DNA of 20,000 nt from an uncultured virus (IMG/VR IMGVR_UViG_3300029953_000019) (Duplodnaviria > Heunggongvirae > Uroviricota > Caudoviricetes), in the IMG/VR virus record IMGVR_UViG_3300029953_000019; one strand, given 5' to 3'. This document shows positions 9,595 through 16,058 of this stretch, piece after piece. Both the position numbers and the translations under genes were made by a program. Within the stretch, counting starts at the first letter, position 1. The number at the start of each line of letters is the position of its first letter. The notes under the pieces were generated by a model. It was not told the origin of the DNA. It did not search any database and saw only the letters and a list, made by a program, of their open reading frames with translations.

Positions 9595-11934
9595 TTACTC
9601 AAATGATAACTGCTCTTCCAGTTCTTCTGCAAATTTATGGGTCCCAAATCCTTTGGCATATGCAAGCCCTGGTATTGGAGATGGTCCCTCCAAACTACTA
9701 GAAGCTCCAGTATTGACAGCCTTTATTAATCTACGTTCCAGATTAGTACTATATAAGGTATGCATCCAGTCATGTTCATGTGCTGGGACATCTAATAATC
9801 TTTGCATTTCTGGTTCAAATTCAGGTTTTGTCTCATTTACCGTAACATAATCGATATTATGTTTCTTCAACTCATTAATTACAGTACTGGTGATTCTAGT
9901 TCCTATTGTATAGTGTAATTCAGGTATTTCCAAGTATAAACCTTGAGCCATATCAGTTCTGACCTTCTTACTATTAGTTCTAGGAGAATAGGCTTTCTCC
10001 AGTGTATGATAATTTACTATACTGTCTGGCAAGTTATTCCCTAAGCCTTTAGGATTGGTTATTTTAACATGAGTAATTAAACCTTTACTTATAATATCAA
10101 AATTACGTTTATTTATTCCACCTAATTGACTAGTTTCAAATGTATCTTTAATAGCTTTGGAGAAATACCTTCTACCTTCTCCAATACCTTTATGCTTTGT
10201 TATTTTAGCTGGATTAGGTATACCATCACTTAACACATCACCTTCTTCAACTAGCTGGCCTGATTTAACCAATACTTTCAAATCTGGGTGTACATAATAT
10301 TCTTCAAGTTTTCCATTATCATGCTTAATAACTATATAATGACCTCCTTGTGGTGCTACTCTTACTTCTTCTATCTTACCATCAGAGTCAGCTATTGGGG
10401 CTTCATGGACAAATGAATCCGGGATATTAAATAATTGATTGATGTATTTAAAGCCACCAAATTGATTAGAACCAGTTGCACTACCTCCCTTGTGCTTACT
10501 ATTATGTACTATTAAGCCATTCGCTAATACAAATAAAGCATCTTTACTATCTACTTCAATATCCCAACATTGTATTAATCCTAGATACTCTGGTTTATTG
10601 TATAGTACTACCCAATAATCATTTGTAGTAACTACATCTATAGTTTCATCAATATCTTTTAGAGGCATTTCTGTTAATACATTACTACATTCCAGGGTTT
10701 CACAAAGTATCTTATGATTCTCTGTAGCATATAGTTCAATTACTTTATCTTTATTATCTATAAATATATATTTATTAACAGGTTGTAATCCTTGATTGAA
10801 TAACCTTAGAACTTTGACTGGAGAGGTTTGACCAGCGTTATCAGAGCCAAGCACCATATCTCCGACCTTTATATCTTGAATAGCTTTAATAGAATAATCT
10901 GCCATTCTTACTAGTGTTCCTTCAGCTAAACAGTTTAACGCCCCTTGTGCTACTGGTTCTGCTGCTGAAGTACCGGCAACAACTCCAATAAAAGAATTAA
11001 GTTCAGACAAGCCTTTACCTCTGATACCCACACATAATTGACAAAGAGCACTAGAAGTTCCATCATGACTAGCTTCACAAGTTATAGGATTTCTAACTAC
11101 AATCTCTTCTATGCCTTTGCTTTTTAGAATACCCAGCATACTAGAGGTAACTTCATTATTATAGTGATATTTGTCTATAGGATGAGCTAAGAACGAACCG
11201 ATGTAATCATTATCATTTGTTTTTACAGGTATTCCATTATGAGTACCACAATCATGTTCTTCTATCACCATTGTCATGTTTGCTCTAGCTAATTGCTTGC
11301 CTAAAAACCCACCTTCTGCCACTGATAATTTTGTGGCCGCGCTGGCTTGTCTCGCACCAAAAGTATGTGCCAAATATTGGGGCAAGGTTAATCCTTCAGC
11401 AAAAGATCTATCAATAATAAAATCAGTTAGAATACCGCCTTTATTATCGTTAACGGCTACTGGGGAGAAAATAGTTTGACGATATTGTTCGGGACTCCCT
11501 CTCGCTCCGGCTTTAACTACCTTGGCTAGAGTCTTATTATCTTTAAGGCCTTCTTCTATTATTTCCTTATTTGCAGTGTCAGAAAACTTGTTGAGCAAAT
11601 TTGTTAGTTCATCATCTTCTTTCTTTTTAGGTAACTTTTTATCCTTTATGCTCTTAATCTCTTTATTGAGTTCTTTAAATCTCTCATCTTTAAAGGAGGG
11701 TGGAAGCAAGTCACCTAGTCTGACAGTACTACCCAACCTAGTAGCTGATTCAAACCCAAGTCTAGTTAAATCTGATACTACTTTCTTATAACTATCTTCA
11801 TTATGCTCTGCTAAATTAGAGAAGAAAGCACCTATATTCTTCTTATCCAAATCTTTGCTTTCTATAAATGAATGAGAGTTAGCAGGAGAGTAATGCTTAA
11901 GCAGGATTTTGCCTACTGTTGTTACCTCAGACAT
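9595..11934 (-). CDS. DNA-directed RNA polymerase beta-prime C-terminal part (funnel, bridge helix, trigger loop) with mini-intein
   Basis: RpoC-like motifs: AGARGSPEQYRQ, SFAEGLTLPQY...GARQ, EGGFLGKQL (bridge helix), EEHDCGT, VRNPITC...LCQLCVG (Zn site), IGVVAGTSAAEPVAQGALN|SKHKGG (trigger loop; E. coli SIGEPGTQLTMRTFH). Confidence 0.92.
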   Translation of the reverse strand: MSEVTTVGKILLKHYSPANSHSFIESKDLDKKNIGAFFSNLAEHNEDSYKKVVSDLTRLGFESATRLGSTVRLGDLLPPSFKDERFKELNKEIKSIKDKKLPKKKEDDELTNLLNKFSDTANKEIIEEGLKDNKTLAKVVKAGARGSPEQYRQTIFSPVAVNDNKGGILTDFIIDRSFAEGLTLPQYLAHTFGARQASAATKLSVAEGGFLGKQLARANMTMVIEEHDCGTHNGIPVKTNDNDYIGSFLAHPIDKYHYNNEVTSSMLGILKSKGIEEIVVRNPITCEASHDGTSSALCQLCVGIRGKGLSELNSFIGVVAGTSAAEPVAQGALNCLAEGTLVRMADYSIKAIQDIKVGDMVLGSDNAGQTSPVKVLRLFNQGLQPVNKYIFIDNKDKVIELYATENHKILCETLECSNVLTEMPLKDIDETIDVVTTNDYWVVLYNKPEYLGLIQCWDIEVDSKDALFVLANGLIVHNSKHKGGSATGSNQFGGFKYINQLFNIPDSFVHEAPIADSDGKIEEVRVAPQGGHYIVIKHDNGKLEEYYVHPDLKVLVKSGQLVEEGDVLSDGIPNPAKITKHKGIGEGRRYFSKAIKDTFETSQLGGINKRNFDIISKGLITHVKITNPKGLGNNLPDSIVNYHTLEKAYSPRTNSKKVRTDMAQGLYLEIPELHYTIGTRITSTVINELKKHNIDYVTVNETKPEFEPEMQRLLDVPAHEHDWMHTLYSTNLERRLIKAVNTGASSSLEGPSPIPGLAYAKGFGTHKFAEELEEQLSFE
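10501..10932 (-). mobile_element. Mini-intein (144 aa, no endonuclease) in the RNAP trigger loop
   Basis: CLAEGTLVRMAD...ATENHKIL...CWDIEVDSKDALFVLANGLIVHN then Ser(+1). Confidence 0.95.
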
Positions 11935-11936
11935 AA

Positions 11937-12608
11937 TTAGTGATTGCTATATAGTTCAAATAGAGAAGATTTCTTTACTATTTGAAATCTAGCAGGTGTA
12001 AGATCTAATACTTTAAGACTGCAAGAAATACCTAATATATCCGCCATAGCTAAGTGATGATGTCCGTCAAGGATACTATCATTGAGTAACAATATATACT
12101 TATTATTATTCTTGGCTTGAAATTTATCGGCTAAAGCTTTCTTACCTAGTTTAGTCATTTCTTTCTTTATATGAGATTTAGCAGATTCGTAGTTATGTAT
12201 ATCTACTTTAGGTAATAGCTCACTAGTTGTCATACCATAAAGTACGAGTTTGGTATCTTTATCAGCTCCAGGAGCAAATTTTAATACATCTGCTTGAGTA
12301 TCTTTGGGTAGGCTATTTACTGTAATATCAGCTACATAAGCAGAAGCAACCTTGCCAAATTCAGACTTATTCGGTTCAGGTTTAGCTATATCAGGCATCC
12401 ATTTATCAATTTTTTGGTCAACCTCATCTTTAGTACGATTTGTTAGTGGCTGATTCTGTTCCTGGGCATGTAAAGCTGGTTGTTCGATTTCTTCTGTTTC
12501 TTCAGCATTAACTAGCTGGTCTAGTAAGGATGAAGCAGCCTTCTTTACTTTTACATCCTTGGACTCTGCTGACTTTTCAAGAAATGATTGGATAACATTA
12601 AAGTTCAT
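11937..12608 (-). CDS. Protein with C-terminal ParB/sulfiredoxin-like motif
   Basis: YILLLNDSILDGHHHLAMADILG resembles ParB-N IIDGHHR; N-terminal region has KSA, KAAS, KVAS. Confidence 0.6.
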   Translation of the reverse strand: MNFNVIQSFLEKSAESKDVKVKKAASSLLDQLVNAEETEEIEQPALHAQEQNQPLTNRTKDEVDQKIDKWMPDIAKPEPNKSEFGKVASAYVADITVNSLPKDTQADVLKFAPGADKDTKLVLYGMTTSELLPKVDIHNYESAKSHIKKEMTKLGKKALADKFQAKNNNKYILLLNDSILDGHHHLAMADILGISCSLKVLDLTPARFQIVKKSSLFELYSNH

Positions 12609-12610
12609 TG

Positions 12611-13312
12611 TTAGATTTCTGGATTTCCGCCTGGTTCATCTTCACCATTATCATATTCACTATCTTCTGATTTTCTATGCTTGCTATATAGATAAGCCCC
12701 TAAACCACCTAAACCTGCAGCGCCCAAACCTAATTCATAAGGAACTTTGTTGTTACTAATATGATTGGATAATACTTCAAATAAAGATTGGGGAGAAATA
12801 TCATTCTTATGTAAAGCTTGTTCTGCTCCAGTTATAGCTCCATGTATACTAGGTTTAATAGTAGTATTAGCATTTACATTATTAAATACATTACCTAATC
12901 CTTGACCAGCATAATGAGCACCTATGCCTCCACCTACTCCAAGTCCGGCAGCAGTACCTAGTCCCATGTCACCAACTGATTTACTTTTGAATAGTTTACT
13001 CAATACGGATTTGGCATCAATATTAGCTGGTTCTGGTTTACTATTTAATTTAAGTTGATTTCCTCCAAAGCCATCTAATTTAATCTTATTACTTATAGAA
13101 CCTAGATTAAGTTTACTAGATGGAAAGTCAGAACTAGAAGGAGCTTTAGGTATAGCTAAATTAGAAACAGCTGCCTCTGGTATAGAAGCACCAGTAGCCT
13201 CAGTAGCACCAGTAACTTCAGGTTTAAGTACATTAGCCAATTCTTCAAATGACTTAATAGGATTTGCAGAAGCTTTAATAAATCCGTTAATAAATGCGTT
13301 ATTTAGATTCAT
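12611..13312 (-). CDS. Glycine-zipper protein with N-terminal AFINGFIKAS leader
   Basis: 233 aa; GLGTAAGLGVGGGIGA and LGLGAAGLGGLGAYLYSKHRK hydrophobic helices; ATGA overlap with upstream gene. Confidence 0.8.
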   Translation of the reverse strand: MNLNNAFINGFIKASANPIKSFEELANVLKPEVTGATEATGASIPEAAVSNLAIPKAPSSSDFPSSKLNLGSISNKIKLDGFGGNQLKLNSKPEPANIDAKSVLSKLFKSKSVGDMGLGTAAGLGVGGGIGAHYAGQGLGNVFNNVNANTTIKPSIHGAITGAEQALHKNDISPQSLFEVLSNHISNNKVPYELGLGAAGLGGLGAYLYSKHRKSEDSEYDNGEDEPGGNPEI

Positions 13313-13962
13313 ATACCTAGACCTTGTTGGGGTTGGGCTGATTGTGCTGGTTGGGTTGGTTGTGCAGGATTACTACCATCCATCGGCCCACTACCATAAA
13401 TACCTCCACCCATCATACCTTGTTGTTGCTGTTGTTGCATCATTTGTTCTTGTTGTTGCTTCTGCTGTTCTTCTCTCTGCTTCTGTTGCTCTTCCCTATG
13501 CATCTTAGCACGTTCATATTGATGCTTTTCTTTTAATTGTTCAGTCTTCAAATGACTCTGTGTTGCCTTCCCGCCACTATGTAAATCTAATAGATCAGCT
13601 ACACTTAATGTAACTGTAGTATCTTTTAACCCTCTAGACTGTTGTTTTGGGGCTAAATCATCACTTTGTCCTGGTTGTGGCTGACCTCCCTGACTCAGAT
13701 CTTGCTGAGGTTGACCCTGGCCTTCTTGTTGCATTCCTTGGCCTTGACCCATTTGTTGAGCTAATTGAGCCATCTGTTGTGGGTCTGGTTGTTGACCTGA
13801 TCCACCTTGACTTGGTTGTGGAGATTGTGAAGATTGTGGAGGTTGAGGTTGTTGCCCAGGTAAACCTCCTTGTTGTTGAGCAGCAGTACTATTAGGTGAT
13901 GGTATAAATGCTTGTTTATGCATCATACTACCTATTTCTTCTAAGATTTGTCTGTAAGTCAT
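13309..13962 (-). CDS. Gln/Gly/Pro-rich low-complexity protein
   Basis: 217 aa; leader MTYRQILEEIGSMMHKQAF then Q-rich disordered tracts flanking a short ordered core (TVTLSVADLLDL). Confidence 0.8.
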   Translation of the reverse strand: MTYRQILEEIGSMMHKQAFIPSPNSTAAQQQGGLPGQQPQPPQSSQSPQPSQGGSGQQPDPQQMAQLAQQMGQGQGMQQEGQGQPQQDLSQGGQPQPGQSDDLAPKQQSRGLKDTTVTLSVADLLDLHSGGKATQSHLKTEQLKEKHQYERAKMHREEQQKQREEQQKQQQEQMMQQQQQQGMMGGGIYGSGPMDGSNPAQPTQPAQSAQPQQGLGI

Positions 13963-14025
13963 ATTAAAATTGGTATTATCTCTATTTCAAAGTTCTATCT
14001 ATTATGGAGATTGATGGTAGTTATA

Positions 14026-14247
14026 TTAATGATACTTTTGTAATAGTTTCTCACTTTCCCAGGCCACAGCTTCATCAATAATAAATTCTTCCAAGGATTT
14101 TTTAACATTAGCTAATCTACCTTGGTCTATTCTACCCTTTAATTTACTTTTAGGCAAATCAATATCTCTTAGTTGAGTTAGAGCTTCTATCAACTTATCT
14201 AATTTCTGTTGTTCGTTCAATACTAACCATACATCTCTAGTTATCAT
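14026..14247 (-). CDS. Small hypothetical protein
   Basis: 73 aa, helical-looking, co-oriented, fills the gap after the RNAP fragment. Confidence 0.7.
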   Translation of the reverse strand: MITRDVWLVLNEQQKLDKLIEALTQLRDIDLPKSKLKGRIDQGRLANVKKSLEEFIIDEAVAWESEKLLQKYH

Positions 14248-14263
14248 ATAAGGTCTTCTTCTT

Positions 14264-15985
14264 TCATTTCTCTATTTCTATGTTGTCTCCTGGCTCTAAA
14301 TCACCTCTGTTATATGCAGCAACTACTTCTTGTTCAGTTTTATATTTTTTAGGAGTGTTATGTTTGTTTTCTGTACTTAGTCCATAAAGGCCCAAAGCTG
14401 CTTCATTACTAGGGATTAATACAGGTTGAAAAGATTTAACAGATAATAAATTTTTGCTAGGCATCATTTTAGCTATAACTTCTTTACGTGCTTCTTCAGT
14501 GCCTGGAATATGGACATTAAGTTGGTCTCCGTCGGAATTTTTTGTATATCCTCCTATAGTTAAGAAACTTCCGTAGTTTGGTATTTCCAAATCGTAAGCA
14601 GTATTAGATTGTAACTTAGTTACTCTTTTAACTTTCTTCCATTTTAAACTACCATTATACACCTTACCTAAATATGATATCCATTGTTCATTATTCTTTA
14701 ACTCAACTAGAAGTATTTCAATTATTTCTTTTAAAGTGCTTTTACGAAATCTATCTGTTTTAAATTCCTGGCTTAATCTATATTTTAAATTATAAAGTTC
14801 CTTATTCTTTTGTAATTTATATTTATTATTAATAGCTGTAATTATATTTTTTTTAACAGTTTCTGAAGGAAGTGGTACTAAGTCATTAAAGTTATCACCT
14901 ATACCTGTTATATCTTTTAAGCTATTCTCTAATTTTTCCTTCTTCAACTCATGACTTATTCTAAATTTTGTTCTTTCAACTAACTTTTTAAATGTCCCAG
15001 TATGAAATCTGAAGGAGAAATTATCTTTACTACTCAGCCTAGATGCCCCTTTATATACTCCATAATTTAAATTTAACCGTTTACTCATATATCTTAAACC
15101 GTTAATTAAATGAATTGATGATGTGCAGATACTTATATTTATAACTGTTTTATTAGAAGAACTGACACTTACTGTTCCATCAGTTGAGATTAACCCATCT
15201 AATATACCTAGTAGATGTTCTTCAGGACCGTTTAAACTAAAAGTAGGTATTTTCTTATTAAAAGCTCCACTCCCTATCTGCTCTTTTAACCACTTATTAA
15301 ACCAGGCACAAGAAGCTCTAGTTTTACCTCTAGAAGTAAATTGCCCCATCATATTCTCACTAACTCTATCTATTTCTTTAACTCCATTTTCATAAGGAAG
15401 ATATTCACTATTACATAAATCAGCAAATACTTTTCTATTCATTAATTTTTCTTTGGTAGAACCGGCTAAGAAAAGTTGATTAGCATTATCTACCCAACCA
15501 TCACCTAAAACCATTCCTATAAAAAGTCCGGTTTTATAATTAAGTTGCAAGTTAAATGAATTTTTAACAAATCCTTTTCCTCGTATTCCTTTCATTCCTC
15601 TAGTACCCATCATACCTTCAGCTAATACACTTGATTGAATATTGGGTGCTATAGTTGTAACATCACTAGGACAATACCTACCTACTGCCTCTTCGGTATC
15701 AACTTCTTCAATACCACTATCAGTATAAGCTAATAAACTATGATCTTTGGCTGCAAATATAAAATCCCCATCTATAAATTGTACCAAATATAAAGGTACA
15801 TTAGGATGAATCGAGAATGTCTTTGGATTTACCCAATCTACTTCACCAGTTATAAGGTTTAATGATTTTACTTCTACATTACTAGGTACATCATAAAGGA
15901 TATTACCATTTATAGTAGTAGTGGCTGAATTTTCTATTCTAGGGAAATCTGAAATAGGTACTAGTGTATATTTATAATTAATCAT
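14264..15985 (-). CDS. C-fragment of split intein (483 aa, LAGLIDADG) fused to 90-aa RNAP beta-prime segment beginning SDGD
   Basis: YTLVPISDF (continuation of intein N-terminal strands), AAKDHSLL (block B variant), FIGMVLGDGW and LDGLISTDGT (LAGLIDADG), AYDLEIPNYGSFLTIGGYTKN|SDGDQLNVHIP...EARKEVIAKMMPSKNLLS...PSNEAALGLY (E. coli FDGDQMAVHVP...PSQDVVLGLY). Confidence 0.92.
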   Translation of the reverse strand: MINYKYTLVPISDFPRIENSATTTINGNILYDVPSNVEVKSLNLITGEVDWVNPKTFSIHPNVPLYLVQFIDGDFIFAAKDHSLLAYTDSGIEEVDTEEAVGRYCPSDVTTIAPNIQSSVLAEGMMGTRGMKGIRGKGFVKNSFNLQLNYKTGLFIGMVLGDGWVDNANQLFLAGSTKEKLMNRKVFADLCNSEYLPYENGVKEIDRVSENMMGQFTSRGKTRASCAWFNKWLKEQIGSGAFNKKIPTFSLNGPEEHLLGILDGLISTDGTVSVSSSNKTVINISICTSSIHLINGLRYMSKRLNLNYGVYKGASRLSSKDNFSFRFHTGTFKKLVERTKFRISHELKKEKLENSLKDITGIGDNFNDLVPLPSETVKKNIITAINNKYKLQKNKELYNLKYRLSQEFKTDRFRKSTLKEIIEILLVELKNNEQWISYLGKVYNGSLKWKKVKRVTKLQSNTAYDLEIPNYGSFLTIGGYTKNSDGDQLNVHIPGTEEARKEVIAKMMPSKNLLSVKSFQPVLIPSNEAALGLYGLSTENKHNTPKKYKTEQEVVAAYNRGDLEPGDNIEIEK

Positions 15986-16058
15986 ATAGACACAATACGG
16001 TGACTAGTTGAACTTGTCAATTAATTTTCTCTCTATAAATAATATAATCTACAATACT
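14537..16058 (-). mobile_element. Split intein in RNAP catalytic motif: IntN 16058-16020 (13 aa), IntC 15985-14537
   Basis: Removing SIVDYIIYREKIN and MINYK...YTKN joins NPLVFKGYGAD to SDGDQLNVHIP, restoring the DxDxD motif exactly. Ser1, terminal Asn, Ser(+1). Confidence 0.85.
15992..16020 (-). promoter_or_regulatory. Sigma70-type promoter within the intein split, predicted leaderless transcript
   Basis: TTGACA (16020-16015, contains the TGA stop of the upstream ORF)-N17-TATTGT (15997-15992)-N6-ATG 15985. Confidence 0.75.

Noticed and set aside
15978..16023. Programmed frameshift, TGA readthrough or single sequencing error joining the two RNAP/intein ORFs
   Set aside because: The open frames do not overlap; TGA readthrough meets TAA 12 codons later in the wrong frame. 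At least two events would be needed, whereas a promoter explains the gap.
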